From: an uncultured Chloroflexia bacterium
GTDB taxonomy: Bacteria; Chloroflexota; Limnocylindria; Limnocylindrales; CSP1-4
DNA length: 64,000 nucleotides
Direction: 5' to 3'
NCBI GenBank assembly: GCA_963714835.1
Contig: CAVQPX010000026.1
Span: 14,256 to 78,255, forward strand
The position numbers and the translations under genes are program-made. This document shows, one piece after another, positions 20,001-27,449 of this stretch (the stretch's first letter is position 1; each line of letters begins with the position of its first letter). The notes under the pieces were generated by a model. It was not told where the DNA came from, did not search any database, and worked only from the letters and a program-made list of their open reading frames with translations.

Positions 20001-20764
20001 GCCGCGGATTGGAGCCGACTCGCCGTGTTCACGATGTCGCCGGCGACCATGCCCTGGTTCGTGGCACCCAGCGTGACGGCGGCCTCACCGGTGAGCACCC
20101 CGGCGCGAGCCTCGATGGCAGGGCCCAGCGCGCGCACGGCATCGACCAGATCCAGTGCCGCCCGTACGGCGCGCTCGGCATCATCCTCGTGGGTGACGGG
20201 CGCTCCCCACACGGCCATGACCGCATCGCCGATGAACTTCTCGACCGTCCCGCCATAGCGCTCGATCACGTCGCGTGACAGGTCGAAGTAGCGAGTCAGA
20301 AGCTCGCGGGTGTCCTCGGCATCGCGGCCCTCGGCCAGTGCGGTGAACCCGACCAGGTCGCAGAACAGGATGGAAACGAGCCGACGCTCGGCGACCGAAG
20401 CTCCAATTCCCGCGCCTGCCGCGCCCCCCGGCCCTGCCGCGGGCGACGTCGATGCCAGCCCGGCCGGAGCTGCCGCGCCGCCCGGTCCGACCCCTGCCGC
20501 GCCGCCCGGCCGTGCCGCGCCGGCTGCCGCGCCGCCCGGTCCGACCCCTGCCGCGCCGCCCGGCCGTCCCGCGCCGGCTGCGCCTGCCGCCGCGCCCGTT
20601 CGGGCTGCCGCCCCGGCCAGGGGCGTGGCGCAATCGCCGCAGAACCGCATGTCGGGTTCGTTGGCAGCTCCGCAGTTCGGGCAGGCTACGGCGAGAGGTG
20701 CTGCGCAACCGCCGCAGAACTTTCGTCCCGCCCGGTTATCGGTGCCGCAATTCGCGCAGATCAA
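17037..20764 (-). pseudogene. Double zinc-ribbon + Ala/Gly/Pro linker + class III cyclase + AAA/STAND ATPase + TPR protein, broken by two 1-nt insertions about 40 nt apart
   Basis: Zinc ribbons: ICANCGTDNRAGRKFCGGCAAPLAVACPNCGAANEPDMRFCGDCATPL. Cyclase: VSILFCDLVGFTALAE...KFIGDAVMAVWGAP. P-loop: IIGPAGIGKSRL. The reading passes through three frames: ...ARADGIPL | YAIETVRMLVAE | GRLVLDGDAYRPVGDL..., at about 19084 and about 19048. Proposed TTG start at 20764, preceded by GGAGG. Confidence 0.75.
20469..20576 (-). repeat. 54-nt tandem duplication inside the cyclase gene, encoding (GAAGVGPGGAAAGAARPG)x2
   Basis: Units at 20469-20522 and 20523-20576 are near-identical when read directly. Confidence 0.8.
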
Positions 20765-20850
20765 CGGCGCCTCCAGCGGAATGCGTGACCGCGAGATTAG
20801 CGCACACGGAGCATCGAGTTCATTCGCCGCGGGCCGGGCCCGGGCCCGAG

Positions 20851-21002
20851 CCCAGAGCCGCGTGCGCCCAGAGCCGCGTGGCCAGACCGCGTCCCGAGCC
20901 CGGGACCGACCGCGTCCCGAGCCCCGAGCGTCCCGAGCCCGGGACCGACCGCGTCCCGACCGCGTCCAGCGAGCCCCGAGTGCCCCGCGCGTGCCCCGCG
21001 CG
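20851..21002. repeat. Cluster of short GC-rich tandem duplications (14-mer x2 at a 16-nt period, 39-mer x2, 11-mer x2)
   Basis: cccagagccgcgtg at 20851 and 20867. gcgtcccgagcccgggaccgaccgcgtcccga at 20889 and 20928. tgccccgcgcg at 20981 and 20992. Confidence 0.75.
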
Positions 21003-21021
21003 GCTCCAACCCGCGGCTTTT

Positions 21022-21113
21022 CGTGACACCTACGAACCAGGTTGCTGGTAATCGCGATTTCGGTGCTCAAACCCACGGATCCGTGACACCTACGAACCAG
21101 GTTGCTGGTAATC
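21022..21113. repeat. Two perfect 32-bp direct repeats separated by a 28-bp unique spacer; each repeat contains a 5-bp-stem hairpin
   Basis: CGTGACACCTACGAACCAGGTTGCTGGTAATC occurs at 21022-21053 and 21082-21113. The internal inverted repeat is ACCAG-gttg-CTGGT. GC is lower than the surroundings. Confidence 0.85.
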
Positions 21114-21390
21114 AGCGAATCGATGCGATTCCGGCCAGGAGCGACCTCGGATCGCCGCGGTTCACGCACGACTCGCGGTCTCGGACCCTGTCCAACCCTG
21201 ACCGGCCGTGCTTACCAGCAGTGTGATTGCTATATGGCACGAAACTTCGGCTGTTCAGGGCCGGCGCCCGACCAAGGCGCCCGACCAAGGCCCCGGCTCT
21301 TGGCCTCGAGCCCGGGCAATTCCTCGCACAGCCACGCATCGAGGTGGCGCGCGCGCACGCGTGCGCGCGCACGCGTGCCCGCACGCCGAG

Positions 21391-21520
21391 CAGGAGTGAT
21401 CCGTGGGGCAGGAGTCAGGACTGATCCGTGGGACAGGAGTCAGGACTGATCCGTGGGACAGGAGTCAGGAGTGATCCGTGGGGCAGGAGTGATCCGTGCC
21501 GGCAGGAGTAATTCGTGGCC
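21391..21520. repeat. Six-unit tandem array of 18/25-bp units CAGGAGT(CAGGAsT)GATCCGTGGG
   Basis: Unit lengths read directly: 18, 25, 25, 25, 19, 18 nt. The array lies 118 nt upstream of the csp start codon. Confidence 0.85.
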
Positions 21521-21637
21521 GCGTGTGCTATGGTGATGCCTCGCCTCACTGTGTGGCGATGCTCCGCGTGGTCGACCCCTCTTCTCGAACGGACCGTGCG
21601 TCTGCTGTCCTAAGTTCGGGAAGCGTAGGAGGTCATC

Positions 21638-21841
21638 ATGACCACCGGTACCATCAAGAAGGTCGTTGCCGATCGCGGCTTCGGCTTCATCGCCGCCGAG
21701 GACGGGAAGGAATACTTCTTCCACCGCGACGGACTCGACTCCTCGCTCAACTTCGATCGCCTCAATGGCGGAGAAGCGGTTGAGTTCGAAGTCGAAGCGA
21801 GCCCCAAGGGCCCGCGCGCATCCAAGGTTCGCGCAGCCTAA
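21638..21841 (+). CDS. cspA: Cold-shock protein (CspA family, CSD)
   Basis: MTTGTIKKVVADRGFGFIAAEDGKEYFFH carries the RNP-1 (RGFGFI) and RNP-2-like (YFFH) motifs. 67 aa. Strong SD (gtaggaggt) 6 nt upstream of the ATG. Confidence 0.95.
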   Translation: MTTGTIKKVVADRGFGFIAAEDGKEYFFHRDGLDSSLNFDRLNGGEAVEFEVEASPKGPRASKVRAA

Positions 21842-21853
21842 GTAGCTGACAAG

Positions 21854-21888
21854 AGCGGTCGATCCCAGGATCGGCCGCTTTTCTCTTC
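21854..21888 (+). terminator. Intrinsic terminator after csp
   Basis: An 11-bp stem (agcggtcgatc / gatcggccgct, one G-U pair) with loop ccag, followed by ttttctcttct. Confidence 0.7.
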
Positions 21889-21955
21889 TCCCCCGAGATC
21901 CGTCTCAACCCCGGGGCCGCGCCATCGATCGTTCGATCGAGAGGACGGTAGACCT

Positions 21956-23107
21956 ATCGCTCGGATCGCCTTCGCGTCCACGTACCCCCCACGACGCTGC
22001 GGCATCGCGACATTCACGCACAACCTGTCCGCGACCATGGGTGGGCGCGAGGTCGTCGGCCTCCTGTCGGCCGAGCGCGGCATGTCCTATCCCGTGGAGG
22101 TCCATCACCGGATCCGACCCGACGAGCGAGCCGATCACACCTCCACGGCGCGTGCGGTCAGCGACTGTGTCGACATCGTTTCGATCCAGCACGACTACTC
22201 CATCTGGGGCGGGCAGGACGGCGAGTACGTCCTCGATTTCGTCCGTGCGCTCAGCGTCCCGTCGGTAGCGACGCTCCACACGGTCCTGCCCGAGCCGTCC
22301 GACCGGCAGCGCGCGATCCTCTCCGAGTTGATCGGCACCGTCGCCGGCACGGTCGTCATGTCGAAGTCGGCCGCCCGACTCCTCACGAGCGAGTACGGCG
22401 TGAAGCCGCGCTACATCGATGTCATCCACCACGGCGTCCCGGACCTGCCGTACGTCGATCCCGAGACGATCAAGCCCGCCGTCGGGCTCGAGGGCCACAA
22501 GGTCATCCTGAGCTTCGGCCTGCTGAGCCCGGCCAAGGGCTACGAACTGGTCATCGATGCGATGCCGGCCGTCGTGGCGGCGCATCCCGAGGCGATCTTC
22601 GTCATCGTAGGCGCAACCGATCCCGACATCGCGCGCAGCAAGGGCGAGGCCTACCGCACGAGCCTCGTGGCGCGCGCGGCAAAGCTGGGCATGGGCAACC
22701 ACGTTCGACTCGTCGATCGATATGTCGGCAGGGTGGAGCTCACTCGCTGGCTCGAGGCCGCGGACCTGTTCGTGACGCCCTACCCGGATCTCGCCCAGAC
22801 GGTCTCGGGCACGCTGTCGTACGCGATGGGCGCCGGTCGCCCCGTCGTGTCGACGCCGTTCGCTTACGCCGCAGATCTCCTGGACAAGCAGCGCGGCGTC
22901 CTGGTTTCGCCGGCAGAACCCACGCAGATGGCCGCGGCGCTCAACGGGCTCCTGGCCGATCCGTCACGCCGCGCCGCGATCGGCAAGCGTGCCCATGCAT
23001 ACAGCCGCGGGATGGTCTGGTCGGCGATCGGTGCGGAGTACGCCACCGTGTTCGACCGCGTCAAGGCCCAGGCTGCGAAGGCGCCCGGCTACATCGACGG
23101 GACGTAG
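21956..23107 (+). CDS. GT4-family (GT-B, RfaG-like) glycosyltransferase
   Basis: The conserved N-terminus ARIAFASTYPPRRCGIATFTHNL lies upstream of the first ATG (22037) in the same frame. C-terminal TPYPDLAQTVSGTLSYAMGAGRPVVSTPFAYAADLL is the GT4 EX7E-region pattern. No ATG/GTG/TTG/CTG is available upstream, so the start is provisionally placed at ATC 21956, downstream of gagaggacgg. Confidence 0.75.
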   Translation: MARIAFASTYPPRRCGIATFTHNLSATMGGREVVGLLSAERGMSYPVEVHHRIRPDERADHTSTARAVSDCVDIVSIQHDYSIWGGQDGEYVLDFVRALSVPSVATLHTVLPEPSDRQRAILSELIGTVAGTVVMSKSAARLLTSEYGVKPRYIDVIHHGVPDLPYVDPETIKPAVGLEGHKVILSFGLLSPAKGYELVIDAMPAVVAAHPEAIFVIVGATDPDIARSKGEAYRTSLVARAAKLGMGNHVRLVDRYVGRVELTRWLEAADLFVTPYPDLAQTVSGTLSYAMGAGRPVVSTPFAYAADLLDKQRGVLVSPAEPTQMAAALNGLLADPSRRAAIGKRAHAYSRGMVWSAIGAEYATVFDRVKAQAAKAPGYIDGT

Positions 23108-23111
23108 CCGG

Positions 23112-24191
23112 CTAGCCCGGTGTGGACGCCGCCTCGGCAGCCATCTTCAGAACCCGCGCGGCCCGGAGCGTGACCCAGCGACTCGGGCCCCGACCCCGGT
23201 CGATGTCGATGTGCATCTTGCCCGTGTAGCGGTAGTGGTTCGGGAAGCGGCCATCCTTGTCTTGCTGCGAGAGCAACCAGTCGACCGCGTTCGCGAGCCG
23301 CGGATCACCGCCATGTCCCGCCTCGCAGACCCCCTCCATCACCTGGAGGATGTCGGCCACGTAGCCACTCGGAAAGCCGAGCTTGAACCACTTGTCGGAC
23401 GGTTCGGTGTTGCCCCAGCCCATCGGGTAGCGGGCGCTCGCGGGATCCACCGAGAGCAGGAACTCGACGCCGGCGTCGAGGGCACGCCGGACCGCCGCCG
23501 TTCGCCGCCGCGGCGGGATGCGGGTCAGCGCAAGAACGGCCTTCGCCGCCCCCCAGCCGCACGGCAGGTGTTCGTTGATCGCGCACTGGAAGCCCGGGCC
23601 GGACGTGGCCGATCGATACCAGCGGATGTCGCCTTCGCCGGTGATCGAGGCGGCCTGCCACGCGATCGACCGTTGGACCCGCTCGTCGTCGAGCCGGCCG
23701 AACCCGATGAGCGCGCGCAGCATGTTGCCGTTGAGGCAGTGGGCCACGTTCGACGGCCGGGCCGACACCTTGCCACCGGCCCACGCAAAGCCCCCGTTCG
23801 AAGCCTGGGTCTGCTCGAGCACGTACTCGCAGGCCGCCTGGATCTGCGGGTCCGCGCCATCCGCGCCGAGCTGGTCGAGGAAGATGAACGACCACACGGT
23901 GCCGCTGTATTTCGGTCCGTAGCCGGCGCCCGGGTAGACCCACCAGCCCTCGGGATCCTGGGCGGCGAGGATCGTCGCGATCGGGTCCGAGGTCATCGCC
24001 AGCCGCCGGGCCGCGACGACCTGGAGATCGTCGGCGGGCTTGTCGAGGAGCTCCCGGAGCGCCCGATGCCGGACCGCCGGCTCATCCTCGTCGAGCAGCC
24101 AGGGCACGGGATCGCCGTTGAGCCGGGCGCGCCAGTCGACTGCGATCGCACCTGCGCTCGCGATTGCTGCTGCGCTCGCCGAGTTCGTCAT
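23112..24191 (-). CDS. Alpha/alpha-toroid repeat protein (prenyltransferase / squalene-cyclase-like fold)
   Basis: Repeated aromatic/Gly-rich motifs (QDPEGWWVYPGAGYGPKY; SNGGFAWAGG; QQDKDGRFPN) resemble terpenoid cyclase/prenyltransferase repeats. Start taken at MTNSASAAA (24191). The upstream Arg/Pro-rich extension is judged non-coding. Confidence 0.6.
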   Translation of the reverse strand: MTNSASAAAIASAGAIAVDWRARLNGDPVPWLLDEDEPAVRHRALRELLDKPADDLQVVAARRLAMTSDPIATILAAQDPEGWWVYPGAGYGPKYSGTVWSFIFLDQLGADGADPQIQAACEYVLEQTQASNGGFAWAGGKVSARPSNVAHCLNGNMLRALIGFGRLDDERVQRSIAWQAASITGEGDIRWYRSATSGPGFQCAINEHLPCGWGAAKAVLALTRIPPRRRTAAVRRALDAGVEFLLSVDPASARYPMGWGNTEPSDKWFKLGFPSGYVADILQVMEGVCEAGHGGDPRLANAVDWLLSQQDKDGRFPNHYRYTGKMHIDIDRGRGPSRWVTLRAARVLKMAAEAASTPG

Positions 24192-24283
24192 CGTCTCTCG
24201 ATCGAGGATACGCCCACTCGCGAACGACCCGGCGGCGCGACCCGGCGGCGCAATCCGGCTGCGCGACCCGGCGGCGCGCCGCG

Positions 24284-24766
24284 TCAATCGGCGAGCGTCA
24301 GCCGGACCCGCCGCGTGTCGTTGTCCGCGTTCGTATCCAGCAGCGCGATCGACTGCCAGGTCCCGAGCGCGAGGCGGCCGGCGATGACCGGGACCGTGAT
24401 CGACGGGGGAGCGAGGAGCGGCAGGACGTGATCCGCGCCGTGCCCCGGCGAGCCGTGGCGGTGGCGCCACCGGTCGTCGCGGGGGAGGAGCCGTTCGAGC
24501 GTGGCCATGAGGTCCGTCTCGGACCCGGCCCCGAGTTCCATGATCACGATCCCGCACGTGGCGTGGGGCACGAAGACCGTGAGCAGGCCGTCGCCGGAGC
24601 CGTCGCCGGAGCCAGCGCCGGAACCATCATCCGCGTCTTCGGCCAGGCCTGGGCCGCTCCTGCCGCCCCCGCTGGTCGCGCTCGTGACGAATCGCTCGCA
24701 CTCCGACGTGATGTCGAACAGCCCCGGGCGGCGCCCGGTCCGAACCGCGATCTCGGTCGACCTCAT
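24284..24766 (-). CDS. yjbQ: YjbQ/UPF0047 family protein (secondary thiamine-phosphate synthase family)
   Basis: LLTVFVPHATCGIVIMELGAGSETDL...HGADHVLPLL...GRLALGTWQSIALLDTN fits the UPF0047 pattern (HTtA.l.inE...D......aH.k..l.G.s...P...G.l.LGTWQ.i). It contains a Gly/Asp/Ser low-complexity insert. Confidence 0.75.
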   Translation of the reverse strand: MRSTEIAVRTGRRPGLFDITSECERFVTSATSGGGRSGPGLAEDADDGSGAGSGDGSGDGLLTVFVPHATCGIVIMELGAGSETDLMATLERLLPRDDRWRHRHGSPGHGADHVLPLLAPPSITVPVIAGRLALGTWQSIALLDTNADNDTRRVRLTLAD

Positions 24767-24862
24767 GCTCGCGATGGTAGCGGCCGGCTCGTCGCCCATC
24801 GCACGGTCTAGACTCAGATCCATGCTCACGCTTGCCAACGGCGCCGTCATCGCGCGTCGATC

Positions 24863-25540
24863 GTGACCGATCCTGCGCCGAGCGCCGATCCTCCCCTTCG
24901 CGTCGTCATCGCCGAGGATTCGGCGCTCATCCGCGAGGGCCTGGCCCGCGTCCTCCTCGAATCGGGTTTCGAGGTCGTGGCCAAGGTGGGCGACGGCCCG
25001 AGCTTCATCGACGCCGTCGTCGAGCATCGGCCGGACGTCTCCGTCGTCGACGTGCGGATGCCGCCCACCCAGCGCGATGAGGGCCTGCGAGCCGCGATCG
25101 AGGCCCGCCGCCGCGTCCCCGGATCGCCCGTCCTCGTGCTCAGCCAGTACGTCGAGGGCCAGTACGCGACGGAGCTGCTCGCCGACCGCGCCGGCGGCGT
25201 CGGTTACCTGCTCAAGGACCGCGTCGCCGACATCCGCGAGTTCGTCGATGCGCTACGGCGCGTGGCCCGCGGCGGGACCGCCCTCGATCCCGAGGTGGTC
25301 TCCCAGCTCATGGTGCGCCGCCACGCTGACGATCGACTCGAGGGCCTCACGCCGCGCGAGCGGGAGGTCCTTGCCGCGATGGCCGAGGGCCGGACGAACC
25401 TCGGGATCGCCACGGTTCTCGGGATCAGCGAGGGCGCCACGGAGAAGCACATCACGAACATCTTCGGCAAGCTCGACCTGTCGGATTCCGAGAACGCCCA
25501 CCGACGGGTGCTGGCGGTCCTGACCTACCTCGGCGGCTGA
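24863..25540 (+). CDS. LuxR/NarL-family response regulator
   Basis: Receiver domain: RVVIAEDSALIREGL...PDVSVVDVRMPP. C-terminal HTH: LTPREREVLAAMAEGRTNLGIATVLGISEGATEKHITNIFGKL. Confidence 0.9.
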   Translation: MTDPAPSADPPLRVVIAEDSALIREGLARVLLESGFEVVAKVGDGPSFIDAVVEHRPDVSVVDVRMPPTQRDEGLRAAIEARRRVPGSPVLVLSQYVEGQYATELLADRAGGVGYLLKDRVADIREFVDALRRVARGGTALDPEVVSQLMVRRHADDRLEGLTPREREVLAAMAEGRTNLGIATVLGISEGATEKHITNIFGKLDLSDSENAHRRVLAVLTYLGG

Positions 25541-26937
25541 TCCGGGACGGTCGGAGCGGTCGGAGCGGTCGGAGCGGCCGGGGCCGCGAGGCCGGGAGTC
25601 ATTCCGGGCGCGGCTGCCCGCAACGGGATCTCGGCGCGAATCGTCGTCGGACCGCCTGCGGGACTGTCGATCCTGAGTCGTCCGTCGAGCGCCTCGACCC
25701 GGTCCGCGAGTCCCGCCAGCCCTCCGTTCGGGACGATCCTCGCACCGCCCGACCCGTCATCGCGTACCTCGATGACCAGGGACGCGTCGTCCCGTCGGAC
25801 GCGGATCTCACAGCGCTTCGCCGAGCCATGCTTGGCGACGTTGGCGAGGGCCTCGGCGATCACGTAGTACGCGGCGCGTTCGACGCTCTCGGGCAGCCGC
25901 TCGGTATCGTCGAGGCTGCTCGTGATCGTCGTGGGAACGGGGGAGCGCCCGGCGAGCGCGGTCACCGCGGGGACGAGTCCGCGGTCCATGAGGATCGCCG
26001 GCGCGATGCCGCGGACGAGGTCGCGCAGCTCGGCCAGGGCGTGACGCGCCTCGCTGGACGCTTCGAGGACGAGTTCGCGGGCTCTCGCCGGATCGGAGTC
26101 GATCTGCTCGGCTGCCAGGCCCAGGTCCATCGCCAGCATGACGAGCCGCTGCTGGGCGCCGTCATGCAGGTCCCGTTCGATGCGCCGCAGTTCGGTGGCC
26201 TCGACGTCCAGGACGGCCTGGCGGCTGACCTCCAGGGTTTCGACCCGCCGTTCGAGGGCTCGCTGCTCGGATTCGCACAGGAGCCCCACGACCACCGCGC
26301 GATGCAGGGTCAGCAGCCCGCGAGCCGCCGAGGCCGCCACCATCGCGAGGATGATCCCGACCACCACTCCGGCTCCCTGCAGCGGATCGGTCGCGGGGAT
26401 CGGGAGGGCGGCCGAGCCGGCCCAGAGCGGGAGCGAGATGAGCAGGATGGACGCGACCCAGAGCGTGACGACGAGAGCGGACTCGAGGACGGCGAGGGGC
26501 AGCGCCACGAAGACGTAGACGACGTCGCGCCAGCGGTTGATGTCGAGGAAGAGTGCCTCCGCCCGGTCTCGGATCGTCGTCCCGTACGGCCGGTAGACGT
26601 GAGGATGAAGCGGCCGGCCATCCGCACCGGCGATGCGGCGCCGCTCGACCCGGGCGAACGCGCGGGCGACTTCGATGCCGACGGCGATCAGCGGGATCCC
26701 GACGAGCGCCAGGACGAGCGACGCACCGATCGAGAAGATCGTCGCAATCACCGCGACCGCGACGACCTCGATGAACGCGCCTGCGATGAACGCCCACGTC
26801 GCGCGCCATGCGCGTGGGTCGATGGGGGAGAGGAGAAATGCCGCGACCGCCCCGCGTCCGTGGCCTGTGACCCGGGCGCCGGCGACGGCACTCAGGAAGA
26901 GGAGCAGGCCAAGGACGAGGAGCGGCCCGGCGATCAC
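25525..26937 (-). CDS. Membrane sensor histidine kinase (HisKA_3/NarX-type)
   Basis: H-box: ELRRIERDLHDGAQQRLV. ATPase N/G boxes: AEALANVAKH...DDGSGGA...GGLAGLADRV. Multiple N-terminal TM helices. Its 3' end overlaps the convergent response regulator gene by 16 nt. Confidence 0.9.
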   Translation of the reverse strand: MIAGPLLVLGLLLFLSAVAGARVTGHGRGAVAAFLLSPIDPRAWRATWAFIAGAFIEVVAVAVIATIFSIGASLVLALVGIPLIAVGIEVARAFARVERRRIAGADGRPLHPHVYRPYGTTIRDRAEALFLDINRWRDVVYVFVALPLAVLESALVVTLWVASILLISLPLWAGSAALPIPATDPLQGAGVVVGIILAMVAASAARGLLTLHRAVVVGLLCESEQRALERRVETLEVSRQAVLDVEATELRRIERDLHDGAQQRLVMLAMDLGLAAEQIDSDPARARELVLEASSEARHALAELRDLVRGIAPAILMDRGLVPAVTALAGRSPVPTTITSSLDDTERLPESVERAAYYVIAEALANVAKHGSAKRCEIRVRRDDASLVIEVRDDGSGGARIVPNGGLAGLADRVEALDGRLRIDSPAGGPTTIRAEIPLRAAAPGMTPGLAAPAAPTAPTAPTVPDQPPR

Positions 26938-27449
26938 CGGTTGGCTGCGGACCCGCGGGTCGCGCCCACGAGGAGGGCGATCCCGAGGGCCAGGATGAGC
27001 GCCGGTCCGAGATGGACCCCGGTCACCAAGGCGGGGATGAAGGAGCCGGCCAGGGCGATCGCACCAAAGGCGATGAGCAGGACCCCGAACACGAGTCCGA
27101 CCCGACCGGGCTCACCACCCTTCGATCGATGGAGGTGCGATGTGGCCCCGCCGGCCGCCGTCGCCGGGGCGTGCCCGGTGTGCGCGGCCTGCCCGTCGGC
27201 ATCGAAGCCCTCGCCGTCGATCTCCTCGCCGGTCGCCGCAGCCGATGCGACGGCGATCGGCTCGATCGGCATGACGAATGCGAGGATCACGTACAGCAGG
27301 ATCGAGAACCCGCCAAGGAAGATGGACAGGATCCAGGCGACCCGGACCACGGTGGGGTCCAGCTCGAAGTACTCGGCCATCCCGGCCGCGACGCCGGCGA
27401 TCTTGCGATCGTCGCGGCAGCGATACAGACGACGGGGGTTCACGTGCAA
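26934..27449 (-). CDS. PspC-domain membrane protein
   Basis: RRLYRCRDDRKIAGVAAGMAEYFELDPTVVRVAWILSIFLGGFSILLYVILAFVMP is the PspC domain signature. A 4-nt overlap with the downstream kinase gene implies an operon. Confidence 0.8.
   Translation of the reverse strand: MHVNPRRLYRCRDDRKIAGVAAGMAEYFELDPTVVRVAWILSIFLGGFSILLYVILAFVMPIEPIAVASAAATGEEIDGEGFDADGQAAHTGHAPATAAGGATSHLHRSKGGEPGRVGLVFGVLLIAFGAIALAGSFIPALVTGVHLGPALILALGIALLVGATRGSAANR

Noticed and set aside
10509-20764. Programmed ribosomal frameshifting as the explanation for the split cyclase genes
   Set aside because: I see no slippery heptamer (X XXY YYZ) or downstream pseudoknot-like structure at the junctions. The second gene needs two separate +1 events 36 nt apart, which is not a known recoding pattern.
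10509-20764. Interpreting the cyclase giants as Pycsar/CBASS-like anti-phage nucleotide-signalling systems
   Set aside because: No cyclic-nucleotide-binding effector gene is adjacent. The architecture (class III cyclase + AAA + TPR) matches the widespread actinobacterial signalling ATPase family rather than the compact defence cyclases. The idea is kept only as a neighbourhood observation.
21022-21113. Calling the 32-bp repeat / 28-bp spacer / 32-bp repeat block a CRISPR array
   Set aside because: There are only two repeat units and one spacer, no cas gene anywhere in the 64-kb window, and no recognisable leader. The geometry is suggestive but below any reasonable threshold, so it is reported as a repeat and a finding, not as a CRISPR.
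20765-21226. Coding potential of ORF 21023..21226(+), ORFs 20797..21029(-) and the N-terminal 135 codons of ORF 18971..21169(-)
   Set aside because: Their repeated peptide segments (VTPTNQVAGN x2; ITSNLVRRCH x2; GRGRSRARDA x2) simply mirror DNA repeats. No start/SD context or domain is visible. The zinc-ribbon protein has a good TTG start with GGAGG at 20764.
23112-24191. Calling the alpha/alpha-toroid protein a LanC-like lanthipeptide cyclase (and the region a RiPP cluster)
   Set aside because: A few Cys/His-containing motifs (HLPCGWG, CEAGHG) resemble LanC zinc ligands only loosely. No precursor peptide, dehydratase or transporter is nearby.
23112-25027. The N-terminal extensions of ORFs 23112..24557 and 24284..25027
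   Set aside because: The extensions are Arg/Pro/Gly-rich with no homology-like pattern. Internal ATGs at 24191 and 24766 give proteins that start where family members start.
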